Shown: one piece after another, positions 17,079-25,917 of the stretch | Position numbering within the stretch: the first letter of the stretch is position 1 | Layout of the letters: every line of letters begins with the position of its first letter | IMG/VR virus record: IMGVR_UViG_3300027851_000048 | Span: 1-44,400 of that record | DNA length: 44,400 bases | Origin: a virus | Taxonomy: Duplodnaviria > Caudoviricetes | Reading direction: 5' to 3' (one strand) | Position numbers and translations under genes: made by a program | The notes under the pieces: model-generated | What the model was told of the DNA's origin: nothing | Database searches by the model: none | Seen by the model: only the letters and a program-made list of their open reading frames with translations

Positions 17079-18460
17079 GCTACCAAGATTTCGTCTCCCG
17101 CAAGCTTTCGACCGTCCCACCGACCGGCATCACTGGCCGCGTTGATCTGGCCGGCTCACTGTTCCCGCATCAAGCCGCTTTGACGCAATGGGCGCTCAAG
17201 CGCGGCCGCGCGGCAATCTTTGCCGACACTGGGCTTGGGAAGATGCGGATGGAGCTGGCATGGGCTGACGCGGTGCAGAAATACACCAATCAGCCGGTGA
17301 TGATCCATACCCCGCTGGCTGTGGCTGCACAGATTGCGCGCGAGGCTAAAGAGGTCGGCATTGTGGCGAAGGTCTGCCGCGAACAATCGGATCTGATCCA
17401 GGGCATCAACATCACGAACTATGACCGGCTGCACAAGTTCGATACATCGATCTTCGGGGCCGTCGTGCTGGATGAGTCCGGCTGCATCAAGCACAGCGAC
17501 ACACGCACATTCAAGACGCTGACCGAAGCCTACCGCGATACGCCGTTCAAGCTGCCGGCCAGTGCGACGCCCGCCCCGAATGACTGGACTGAGCTTGGCA
17601 CACACGCCGAGTTTCTGGGCATCTGCACCAAGCAGGAAATGCTCGCGGAGTTCTTCACGCATGACGGTGGAGACACAAGCGTATGGCGGCTGAAAGGCCA
17701 CGCGAGGGACATCTTCTGGCGTTGGGTGTCGTCTTGGGGCGCGATGATCCGCCGCCCGTCTGATCTTGGCTTTGACGACGGCGCATACAACCTGCCGGCC
17801 CTGCATGTGCATGAGCATCAGGTGAGCTACGAAATGCCGCTCAATGGGATGTTGTTTGCGACTGATGCGCAAAGCCTGAGTGAGCGCCGCGAAGCCCGCC
17901 GTGCGTCGATGGCGGATCGGGTTGCCGAGTGTGCCGCGCTGGTCAATGCCGAGTCCGACGAGCCGTGGATTGTGTGGTGCGACCTGAATGCGGAGGGTGA
18001 CGCGCTCACCAAGGCAATCGACGGCGCAGTGCAGATATCGGGTGCCGACGACACAGACACGAAAGAGCGCCGATTGATGGACTTCGCAGAAGGCCGCACG
18101 CGTGTGCTGATCAGCAAGCCGTCGATCTGCGGATGGGGCTTGAACTGGCAGCACGCTGCGCGCATGGCTTTCGTCGGAGTGACCGACTCCTATGAAGCGT
18201 ATTACCAGGCTGTCCGCCGCTGCTGGCGCTTCGGGCAGACGCGTGACGTGCATGTGCATGTGTTCGCCAGCAGGGCGGAAGGCGCTGTCGTGGCGAACCT
18301 GACAAGAAAAGAGCGTGACGCCGGAAAGATGGCCGAGTCCCTCAGTGCTGAAACCCGCGATGCAGTCATGGCCGAAGTGACTGGATTGAAGCGCGAGACG
18401 AACGATTACAACGCCGGGAAGCTCGTAGTGGTGCCGGCATTTCTGAGGAGCGCAGCATGA
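17075..18460 (+). CDS. SNF2/DEAD-like superfamily 2 helicase
   Basis: DTGLGK, LDESG, SATPAPND, GLNWQ and QAVRRCWRFGQ. Confidence 0.9.
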   Translation: MSYQDFVSRKLSTVPPTGITGRVDLAGSLFPHQAALTQWALKRGRAAIFADTGLGKMRMELAWADAVQKYTNQPVMIHTPLAVAAQIAREAKEVGIVAKVCREQSDLIQGINITNYDRLHKFDTSIFGAVVLDESGCIKHSDTRTFKTLTEAYRDTPFKLPASATPAPNDWTELGTHAEFLGICTKQEMLAEFFTHDGGDTSVWRLKGHARDIFWRWVSSWGAMIRRPSDLGFDDGAYNLPALHVHEHQVSYEMPLNGMLFATDAQSLSERREARRASMADRVAECAALVNAESDEPWIVWCDLNAEGDALTKAIDGAVQISGADDTDTKERRLMDFAEGRTRVLISKPSICGWGLNWQHAARMAFVGVTDSYEAYYQAVRRCWRFGQTRDVHVHVFASRAEGAVVANLTRKERDAGKMAESLSAETRDAVMAEVTGLKRETNDYNAGKLVVVPAFLRSAA

Positions 18461-19335
18461 GTTGTATCGATCAAGTCGTGACCGACCGTTACACCGCGAT
18501 TCATGGGGATTGTATTGAAGCATTAAGGGGCTTGCCGGATCACTGTATCGGCTATTCGATCTTTTCACCGCCGTTCGCCAGCCTCTACACCTATTCAAAC
18601 AGCCCGCGCGACATGGGAAACGTCAGGAACGACGCGGAGTTCTTCGACCATTTCGACTACCTGATTGCAGAGCTGCGTCGGGTGATGAAGCCCGGACGAA
18701 ACGTGTCGTTTCACTGCATGGACATGCCGAGCAGCAAGGAACGGGACGGCGTGATCGGACTGAAGGATTTCCCCGGCGATCTGCTTCGCGCTTTCCAGCG
18801 CCACGGCTTCATCTATCACTCGAAGGCCACGATCTGGAAAGACCCGGTGACGGCGATGACCCGGACAAAGGCACTCGGGCTGCTGCACAAGTCGATCCGT
18901 GAGCGTTCGGAAATGTGCCGCATGGGCATCCCTGACTATCTCATCACGGTGCGCGCGCCGGGTGAGTCTGAACACGTCACTCATACGGTTGATGAGTTCC
19001 CGGTTGATATGTGGCAGCGGTACGCATCGCCGGTCTGGATGGATATCAACCCGTCCGAGACGTTGCAATACACCAGCGCACGCGAACACGACGACGAGCG
19101 CCACATCTGCCCGCTGCAGCTTGAGGTTATCCGCCGTGGCGTGATGCTTTGGACAAATCCTGACGACATCGTGCTGAGTCCGTTCATGGGCATCGGATCG
19201 GAAGGTCACGTCGCGCTTGAAATGGGCCGGCGATTCGTCGGGGTGGAGCTGAAGGCGAGCTATTACGGGCAGGCCACGCGGAACCTGGACGCCGCCACGC
19301 GAAAGATGGATGACCTGTTTTCGAGCGCTGCGTAA
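18457..19335 (+). CDS. Amino (N4C/N6A) DNA methyltransferase, beta class
   Basis: FSPPF catalytic motif before the SPFMGIGS SAM-binding motif; HICPLQ. Confidence 0.9.
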   Translation: MSCIDQVVTDRYTAIHGDCIEALRGLPDHCIGYSIFSPPFASLYTYSNSPRDMGNVRNDAEFFDHFDYLIAELRRVMKPGRNVSFHCMDMPSSKERDGVIGLKDFPGDLLRAFQRHGFIYHSKATIWKDPVTAMTRTKALGLLHKSIRERSEMCRMGIPDYLITVRAPGESEHVTHTVDEFPVDMWQRYASPVWMDINPSETLQYTSAREHDDERHICPLQLEVIRRGVMLWTNPDDIVLSPFMGIGSEGHVALEMGRRFVGVELKASYYGQATRNLDAATRKMDDLFSSAA

Positions 19336-19449
19336 GTGGCCAGCGAGTACGAGCGCATGAAGGCGCAGTGGGTCGCCAAGCACCCAAGCGCGACGCCTCA
19401 GCAGTATGCCCAGGCAATGCGCGATATCGCGCGGAGGCTCGGGGTTTGA
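19336..19449 (+). CDS. Small hypothetical protein (37 aa; not in the ORF track)
   Basis: MASEYERMKAQWVAKHPSATPQQYAQAMRDIARRLGV; fills the gap and is TTGA-coupled to the initiator. Confidence 0.6.
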   Translation: MASEYERMKAQWVAKHPSATPQQYAQAMRDIARRLGV

Positions 19450-20285
19450 ACTTCTACAAGCACTACATCGGCGACTTCCAGCGCGACACAGGGCACCTGA
19501 GCCTGACGGAGCGCGGCGCGTATCTCGCGCTGATTCATCACTATTACGCGACAGAAAAACCGCTTCCAACCGACCACACATCACTGTGCCGAATCGCGGG
19601 CGCAATCACGCGTCAAGAGCGTGACGCCGTGAAGGCCGTCATGTCGTTTTTCGAGCGGGTCGAAAGCGGACTCATGCACAGCAGAATTGAGGCGGAGCTT
19701 CAGAAAGCGGGTGCTGTATCGGACACGAATCGTGAGATTGCGCTCGCACGAGAAGCGAAAAGACGTGCGGAAAAAGAGGCACGAAACGAGCACGAACAGA
19801 GCACGAAGCGTGCTCCAAGCGTGCCACGCTCAGAGCACGAACAGAGCACTAACCAGACTCCAGACACCAGAGAAGAACAAATACCCCCCCAACCCCCCGT
19901 GCCGGGGGGCGAGCCGTCATCGGATTTGCCGTCGAACAAGCGGGAACGCAAACCGCGCATCAGCCTGAAGACCTTCCTCGACCGCTGCCAGCAGGCAGGC
20001 GAGAAGGCTGTCAGCGACTACGCGCCTTTGCTGGAGTACGTGGAAGCGACGGCGTTACCGATGGATTTCGTCCAGCTCGCCTGGGACCACTTCAAGCGCG
20101 AGCACCTGCCGCCCGGCGCAAATCACGCCCGGTTGCAAGCCGACTGGCGGCGGCACTTCCTGACCTACGTCGAGAAGGGCTACTACCGGCTGTGGTACGC
20201 CAAGCCGGACGGTGGCTACGATCTGACGACGGTCGGCATCCAGGCGCAGCGGCTGCACGCCGCGGGGGCCGAACATGCGGCGTGA
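19446..20285 (+). CDS. Replication initiator, YdaU/DUF1376 family
   Basis: NFYKHYIGDF.RDT.HLS..E.GAY..L...YY..E.PLP; GGAGG RBS with a TTG start; upstream of DnaB. Confidence 0.88.
   Translation: MNFYKHYIGDFQRDTGHLSLTERGAYLALIHHYYATEKPLPTDHTSLCRIAGAITRQERDAVKAVMSFFERVESGLMHSRIEAELQKAGAVSDTNREIALAREAKRRAEKEARNEHEQSTKRAPSVPRSEHEQSTNQTPDTREEQIPPQPPVPGGEPSSDLPSNKRERKPRISLKTFLDRCQQAGEKAVSDYAPLLEYVEATALPMDFVQLAWDHFKREHLPPGANHARLQADWRRHFLTYVEKGYYRLWYAKPDGGYDLTTVGIQAQRLHAAGAEHAA
19746..19855. repeat. Putative replication origin iterons inside the initiator gene
   Basis: GCACGAA units at 19779, 19790, 19801 and 19835. GAGCACGAACAGAGCAC is duplicated at 19788 and 19833, with inverted CGTGC copies between. 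Confidence 0.7.
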
Positions 20286-21657
20286 CGAACTGCTTCTGCC
20301 GCCGCACAGCATCGAGTCCGAGCAGTCGGTCATCGGTGGGTTGATTCTCGACAACGCGGCCATCGATCGCATCGGAGCGCTGCGCCCGGAGCACTTCTAC
20401 CGCGACGACCACAGGCGAATTTTCGTCGCGATCTGCGCATTGATCGGCGCGAGCAAACCGGCCGACGTGATCACCGTCTTCGACGAACTGGAGCGCGCCG
20501 GAGAAGCGGAGAGGGTCGGTGGGCTCGCGTACCTGGGCGAGGTTGCCAACGGCACACCATCCGCGGCGAACATCCACCGGTACGCTGAGACCGTGGCCGA
20601 TCGGGCGGTTCTTCGGTCGCTGATGTCGGCCGGCGACGAGATCGCGGCGCGCACGCATCAGCCCGGCGCGACATCGGAAAAGCTTGAATTTGCTCAGTCG
20701 CGCATCATGGAGCTGTGCGAACAGGCGACGACTCGCGAGCCGAGAACCGTTCAGGAGGTGATGGCCGACAGCCTGAACCGGATACAGCGCCGACTCGATG
20801 GAACCGAGTCAGTCGGCACGCCAACCGGCTTCACCGACATCGACAAACGCGCTCTTGTGCTCAAACCGGGGAACCTCGTCATCCTCGCTGCGCGACCCGG
20901 TATGGGCAAGACCGCCCTGGCATTGCGAATTGCCGCGAACGTGGCTGAATCCGGTCAATCGGTGCTCTTCTGCTCGCTTGAGATGGAGGCGCAGCAACTG
21001 ACCGATCGCCTGCTCTCGTGCCTCGCACGGATTCCGCTTTCCGGTGTTCTGGGAGAAGCCACCCTTGATCAGTGTGAGTGGGATCGCATGTCGGGCGCTA
21101 TGGCCCGGATCAGCAGCATGCGGATGTCGGTCGACGACCAGTCGGCGCTGAAGCTCTGGGATGTCCGAACAAAGGCGCGCCAGGTGAAGCGCCGACAAGG
21201 ACTGGACCTTATCGTCATCGACTATCTGCAGCTCATGTGCGGAGAAGGCGAGAACCGCACGCAGGAGGTCGGCGGCATCAGTCGCGGGCTCAAGGCGCTG
21301 GCGAAAGACATGGGTGTGCCTGTCATTGCAATGTCGCAACTGAATCGCGGACTGGAGTCCCGGCCTAACAAGCGGCCGACACTCAGCGACTTGCGGGAGT
21401 CGGGTGAAATCGAGCAGGACGCAGACATCGTCTGGGGTCTGTACAGAGACGAAGCCTACAACCCGGAAAGCCAGTACAAAGGCCTCGCAGAGTTGTTGTG
21501 GCTCAAGAATCGCAGCGGCGAATCCGGTGGGTGTACGCCGCTTTCATGGGTCGGTGAGCACGTTTTCTACGGCAATGCGCAGCAGGGTGCATATCGCGAG
21601 GCCGCGGAGCGCGCCAACACAACGAAGCCGCGGAACAGCCGCGGCCTGAGTGATTGA
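20275..21657 (+). CDS. dnaB: Replicative DNA helicase
   Basis: PPHSIESEQSVIG, AARPGMGKT, IDYLQLM, SQLNR and DLRESGEIEQDAD. Confidence 0.95.
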   Translation: MRRDELLLPPHSIESEQSVIGGLILDNAAIDRIGALRPEHFYRDDHRRIFVAICALIGASKPADVITVFDELERAGEAERVGGLAYLGEVANGTPSAANIHRYAETVADRAVLRSLMSAGDEIAARTHQPGATSEKLEFAQSRIMELCEQATTREPRTVQEVMADSLNRIQRRLDGTESVGTPTGFTDIDKRALVLKPGNLVILAARPGMGKTALALRIAANVAESGQSVLFCSLEMEAQQLTDRLLSCLARIPLSGVLGEATLDQCEWDRMSGAMARISSMRMSVDDQSALKLWDVRTKARQVKRRQGLDLIVIDYLQLMCGEGENRTQEVGGISRGLKALAKDMGVPVIAMSQLNRGLESRPNKRPTLSDLRESGEIEQDADIVWGLYRDEAYNPESQYKGLAELLWLKNRSGESGGCTPLSWVGEHVFYGNAQQGAYREAAERANTTKPRNSRGLSD

Positions 21658-21673
21658 ACGAGGAGACAACGCA

Positions 21674-21964
21674 ATGACCCCGTGGGCACTGGCCATCGAA
21701 AACCTGCGCGCCGCAATCCCGCCCGGCACGCGCTACCTGCCCGGAATTTCGAATCATCACCGGATGGCGCCGACCGAGACAGACATCGAACGGCGTGACC
21801 GGCTCGTCGCGCACCTGAAGGCGAAGGGCCGGCGCGTCGGCACGATGGACCTCATCTGCGCGCTCGATATCGATAAGGCGCAACTGCGACGCGCAGCGGA
21901 CGCATCGGTGCATGTGCGGGTCATCCCGTGCGGCAACGGGAACATGTTCGAGTGGGTACCGTAA
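21674..21964 (+). CDS. Hypothetical protein (MTPWALAIE...), possible winged helix
   Basis: AGGAG RBS before ATG 21674. Confidence 0.65.
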   Translation: MTPWALAIENLRAAIPPGTRYLPGISNHHRMAPTETDIERRDRLVAHLKAKGRRVGTMDLICALDIDKAQLRRAADASVHVRVIPCGNGNMFEWVP

Positions 21965-22194
21965 CGCCATGCGGATGCCAGGCATGCAGACCAGCGGACC
22001 CACTGCCGACCTATTCGCAGGCGCACATGAGGGCGTGCGAGGTGCGGATGGTGCTGCGGATGTCATCGGCGCAACTGGCGGCGTACTACGCGATGGTGGC
22101 GAGCCGGCGCGGGGAGACGGCGCAGAAGGAACTGAAAAACGAGGTGGATGCGGAATGGGAGAGGCAACGGAAGTCGGGCAGGTCATCCGGTTGA
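21952..22194 (+). CDS. Hypothetical phage protein (CEVR.VL...Y...V..RRG family)
   Basis: Recognisable motif; start codon uncertain. Confidence 0.6.
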   Translation: MGTVTPCGCQACRPADPLPTYSQAHMRACEVRMVLRMSSAQLAAYYAMVASRRGETAQKELKNEVDAEWERQRKSGRSSG

Positions 22195-22619
22195 TTGTTC
22201 GGGGCACGCCGGCGCCGCAGGGCTCGAAAAGCTTCAAAGGCATGAGCAAGGCCGGCCGGGCGATCCTCACGGAGTCGTCGAAGAAGGTCCGTCCGTGGCG
22301 GCAGGACGTGAAAGCTGCAGCCGAGGCGCTGCGCGAGCGAACCGGCGCGGCGCCGATCGACGGACCGGTCATCGTGAGCATGGTATTCACGCTGCCGAAG
22401 CCGGCCAGTGCGCCCAAGCGTCGGCGCACGTACCCGATGCGCACGCCAGACTTGTCCAAGCTGGTCCGCTCCACCGAGGATGCGCTGACCGATGCCGGTA
22501 TATGGGCGGACGACGCCCGGGTCATCGGCTACACGAAGCTGTGGAAGACCTACCCGATGGAAGACGTCGATGCGCTGGACACGCCGGGTGTCGTCATCGA
22601 GATCAGGGAGGTCGCTTGA
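22155..22619 (+). CDS. rusA: RusA-family Holliday junction resolvase
   Basis: G.PAPQGSK and PDLSKLVRSTEDALT..GIW.DD..V. Confidence 0.88.
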   Translation: MGEATEVGQVIRLIVRGTPAPQGSKSFKGMSKAGRAILTESSKKVRPWRQDVKAAAEALRERTGAAPIDGPVIVSMVFTLPKPASAPKRRRTYPMRTPDLSKLVRSTEDALTDAGIWADDARVIGYTKLWKTYPMEDVDALDTPGVVIEIREVA

Positions 22620-22858
22620 AGCCTGACGCCTACCACAGCCTGTTGAGCCGTGAAGCGCAGGACGCACTGCGCCGGGCAGCAAGTGCGGATGAGGATCGCG
22701 ATCAGATCGATGTGGTGAAGGCCGTCGAGGCCGCCGAGCAGAAGGCACGCGACTTGAACCCGGAGAGGTACCGCGATGGCGATCAAGCAGTGGAAAACGA
22801 ACGAGCACAACAGAAGAATCGGCGAGGATCACCCGCTGTCCGTGCTGACCGATCATGA
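22616..22858 (+). CDS. Hypothetical protein
   Basis: GGAGG RBS, TTG start overlapping the rusA stop. Confidence 0.55.
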   Translation: MKPDAYHSLLSREAQDALRRAASADEDRDQIDVVKAVEAAEQKARDLNPERYRDGDQAVENERAQQKNRRGSPAVRADRS

Positions 22859-23003
22859 GGTCGATGTGATGCGCTCACTCCACGAGGACTACGGTCTGCC
22901 GGTGAATGTGCTGGCCGAGAAGTTCGGCGTGCATCGCAACACGGCAAGCCGAATCGTCAATTACAAGGTCAGGAATCAGTGCGTGAGGGAGAAGGAATCG
23001 TGA
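22776..23003 (+). CDS. Small HTH DNA-binding protein (candidate late regulator)
   Basis: GEDHP...LTD.EV..MR...GLPVNVLAEKFGVHRNTASRIVNY; sits immediately before the terminase. Confidence 0.75.
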   Translation: MAIKQWKTNEHNRRIGEDHPLSVLTDHEVDVMRSLHEDYGLPVNVLAEKFGVHRNTASRIVNYKVRNQCVREKES

Positions 23004-23527
23004 AGGAACTCACGCCCAGGCAGGCGAAATTCGTGCGCGAGTACCTGATCGACTTGAACGCGACACAAGCAGCGATCCGTGCCGGGTACAGCGCGAAGAC
23101 CGCGAGCCAGATAGGCGAACGGCTGTTGAGGAATGTTCAGATTCAGCGCCGGCTTGAAAAAGCGATGGCTGCACGCGCCGCACGCACTGAAGTCGACGCC
23201 GACTACGTGCTCAAGCGGATGGTCGAGATCGATGCGATGGACGTGCTCGACATCATGGATGACCAGATGGCGATCAAGCCGGTCAGCGAGTGGCCCAAGG
23301 TCTGGCGCCAGTACCTGAGCGGGTTCGACCTGGCTGAGATTGCCGAGGGCAGTGGCGACCAGCGCAAGATTGTCGGCACGCTGAAGAAGATCAAATGGCC
23401 GGACAAGACCAAGAACCTGGAACTGCTGGGCAGGCACTTCGGGTTGTTCAACGACAAGCTCGACCTGTCGTTCGGCAATGCGCTGGCCGAGCGTCTGGCA
23501 CGAGCGCGCAACAGGGGTGATGAGTGA
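23000..23527 (+). CDS. Terminase small subunit
   Basis: LTPRQAKFVREYLIDLNATQAAIRAGYS and KIKWPDKTKNLELLGRH. Confidence 0.93.
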   Translation: MKELTPRQAKFVREYLIDLNATQAAIRAGYSAKTASQIGERLLRNVQIQRRLEKAMAARAARTEVDADYVLKRMVEIDAMDVLDIMDDQMAIKPVSEWPKVWRQYLSGFDLAEIAEGSGDQRKIVGTLKKIKWPDKTKNLELLGRHFGLFNDKLDLSFGNALAERLARARNRGDE

Positions 23528-25002
23528 GCCGCAACACGGCAAACGACCCCGAGCAGGATCTGATCAATCTCGCCGCGCAGTGCTCGACCGACCCGCTGCG
23601 CTGGGCGCACAAGGCCTATGACTGGGGTCACGGCGAACTTGCTGCAGTCAAAGGTCCGCGCGTCTGGCAGACCGAAGCGTTGGCGCAGATACGCGATCAC
23701 CTGAGCAATCCTGAGACGCGGCACCAACCGCTGCTCATGGCGCGTGCGTCCGGGCATGGAATTGGGAAATCGGCTTTGATCGGCATCATCACCGACTGGG
23801 CGCTCTCGACCTGCGAGGACTGCAAGGTCGTCATCACGGCGAACACCGACACGCAGCTGCGCACGAAGACCTCGCCCGAGGTGGGCAAGTGGATGCGGCT
23901 GGGCCTGACCGCGCACTGGTTCGATGTGCAATCCACCAGCGTCTCGACGCGAGACAGCGCTCACACCAAGACATGGCGCGCGGACTTCGTGCCGTGGTCC
24001 GAGCACAACACAGAGGCCTTCGCCGGTCTGCACAACAAGGGCAAGCGCATCGTGCTCATCTTCGACGAGGCGTCAGCCATCGCAGACAGGGTATGGGAGG
24101 TGGCAGAAGGCGCGCTGACCGACGAGGACACCGAGATCATCTGGATTGCGTTCGGCAACCCCACGCGGGCTACGGGGCGGTTCCGCGAGTGTTTCCGCAA
24201 GTACCGGCATCGGTGGAAGACCGCGCAGATCGACAGCCGCACGGTCGAGGGCACGAACAAAGACCAGATCGCGAAGTGGGCGGCCGACTATGGCGAGGAC
24301 TCCGACTTCTTCAAGGTGCGCGTGCGCGGTCAATTCCCGGCCATGTCGGCAAAGCAGTACATCAGCGAGACCGATGTCGATGCAGCGAAGGCGCGCCACC
24401 TGAGGCGCGAGCAGTACGAGTTCGCGCCGGTCATCCTGACGTGCGACCCGGCGTGGTCGGGCGACGACGAACTGGTCATCAGCAAGCGTCAGGGGTTGAA
24501 GTTCGAAGTCCTGCGCACGCTGCCAAAGAACGACAACGATGTCTGGGTCGCGAACCTCTTGGCGAACCTCGAGGACGAGCACAAGGCGGACGCCGTGTTC
24601 ATCGACGGCGGCTTCGGCACCGGCATCGTGTCTGCAGGCACGACGATGGGGCGCTCTTGGACCATCGTGTGGTTCTCTGAAAAGAGCGGCGACGAAGGGT
24701 GTCTGAACAAGCGCGCCGAGATGTGGAAGCTCGCGCGCGACTGGTTGAAGGAGGGCGGCGCTATCCCGCCGGACGACGATGTGTTGCATCAAGACCTGAT
24801 CGGCCCGGAGACGGTGGCGCGGCTCGACGGCAAGCTGCAGCTGGAGTCGAAGGAGGACATGAAGCGGCGCGGCCTACCCAGTCCGAACAGGGCGGACGCG
24901 CTGGTGCTCTCGTTCGCGCACCCTGTCTCTGCCAAGTTGTCGCGTGGCCACCAATCGGATGGCGAGCGCCGCCGGTACGACCCGACCTCGCGCATGCGCT
25001 GA
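23524..25002 (+). CDS. Terminase large subunit
   Basis: Walker A SGHGIGKS, Walker B IFDEAS, GNPT, nuclease CDPA and SPNRADAL. Confidence 0.95.
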   Translation: MSRNTANDPEQDLINLAAQCSTDPLRWAHKAYDWGHGELAAVKGPRVWQTEALAQIRDHLSNPETRHQPLLMARASGHGIGKSALIGIITDWALSTCEDCKVVITANTDTQLRTKTSPEVGKWMRLGLTAHWFDVQSTSVSTRDSAHTKTWRADFVPWSEHNTEAFAGLHNKGKRIVLIFDEASAIADRVWEVAEGALTDEDTEIIWIAFGNPTRATGRFRECFRKYRHRWKTAQIDSRTVEGTNKDQIAKWAADYGEDSDFFKVRVRGQFPAMSAKQYISETDVDAAKARHLRREQYEFAPVILTCDPAWSGDDELVISKRQGLKFEVLRTLPKNDNDVWVANLLANLEDEHKADAVFIDGGFGTGIVSAGTTMGRSWTIVWFSEKSGDEGCLNKRAEMWKLARDWLKEGGAIPPDDDVLHQDLIGPETVARLDGKLQLESKEDMKRRGLPSPNRADALVLSFAHPVSAKLSRGHQSDGERRRYDPTSRMR

Positions 25003-25003
25003 C

Positions 25004-25036
25004 TGCACACATAACCGGCTTGCCGGCAGCGACCAT
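25004..25036 (+). promoter_or_regulatory. Putative late promoter, copy 1
   Basis: TGCACACATAACC-N14-GACCAT in the intergenic gap after terL. Confidence 0.7.
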
Positions 25037-25063
25037 CGGCGCCGTCCAAGGAGGCCGCGCACC

Positions 25064-25273
25064 GTGTGTTTCTTTTCCAAGCCGAAAGTCCCGAAGTTGC
25101 CCGACCCCGTGAAGCCGCCGGCTGAGTCGAAGGCGCCCGAGTACGAGACCTATTCCGCCCGCAATCGCGATCAAGTCGCGCGCGCCAGCGCCGGCTCGAC
25201 CATGATCACCGGACCGATGGGTGCGAGCACACCGGCCGCGCAGATCGGTCGCTCCACGTTGCTGGGCCAGTGA
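25064..25273 (+). CDS. Small virion/ejected protein (T7 gp6.7-like, MCFFSKPKVPK...)
   Basis: AAGGAGG RBS with GTG; C-terminal STMITG...RSTLLGQ; upstream of the portal. Confidence 0.75.
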   Translation: MCFFSKPKVPKLPDPVKPPAESKAPEYETYSARNRDQVARASAGSTMITGPMGASTPAAQIGRSTLLGQ

Positions 25274-25917
25274 CGCCGATGTGCACCGTGCCCGAGTACA
25301 ACCCCGAGACGGGCCAGTTGTCCGCGCTGCGCTTCGACGCCGAGGGCAACGTGTTCGGTGACGTCGATGGCGGTCAGCGCCAGATCGGTCGCATTGATCG
25401 CGCGGGATTGCCCAAGGCTGCCGAGCCGCAGGAAGGCTCTTCGCTCCTGACCCGTGTCGCGCCCAAGGCTGCCGACCCGTTCGCAGCCGGCGGCAAGATC
25501 CAGTCGCTGCGCACGGACGCATCCGGCAACCTGAGCGCGTTCATCGGTGCGCCGCAATCGTCGGTGGTCACGGCCGGAACGGATGGCGCACCGCGCGCAA
25601 CCAGCACGCCGGGCTCATGGGTGCCGCTGCAGGGCTTCAATCTCGACCCCAGCCAGGTCAGCGGCGACATCGCCGGCACACCGAACAACGTCGCCTACCT
25701 CACGCCCGAGGGTCAAGGGTTTCAGGCCGATGTGCGATCGCCGGATTACGGCGGCTACACCGTCGCCTACGCGCGTCAAGCGCTCAACCCAGAACTGGAG
25801 GCCGACAGCCTGCGCCCGCGTGGCTCGACGATGCTGGGCGGGCGTGGCACCGAGGTGAATCTGGGCAACCGCACCGGCACAAACGCGCCGGCAACACGTA
25901 AGGCGATGCTCTCGTGA
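25270..25917 (+). CDS. Hypothetical virion-associated protein
   Basis: Coupled to both neighbours; its C-terminus resembles the preceding gene; alternative start ATG 25279. Confidence 0.7.
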   Translation: MTPMCTVPEYNPETGQLSALRFDAEGNVFGDVDGGQRQIGRIDRAGLPKAAEPQEGSSLLTRVAPKAADPFAAGGKIQSLRTDASGNLSAFIGAPQSSVVTAGTDGAPRATSTPGSWVPLQGFNLDPSQVSGDIAGTPNNVAYLTPEGQGFQADVRSPDYGGYTVAYARQALNPELEADSLRPRGSTMLGGRGTEVNLGNRTGTNAPATRKAMLS

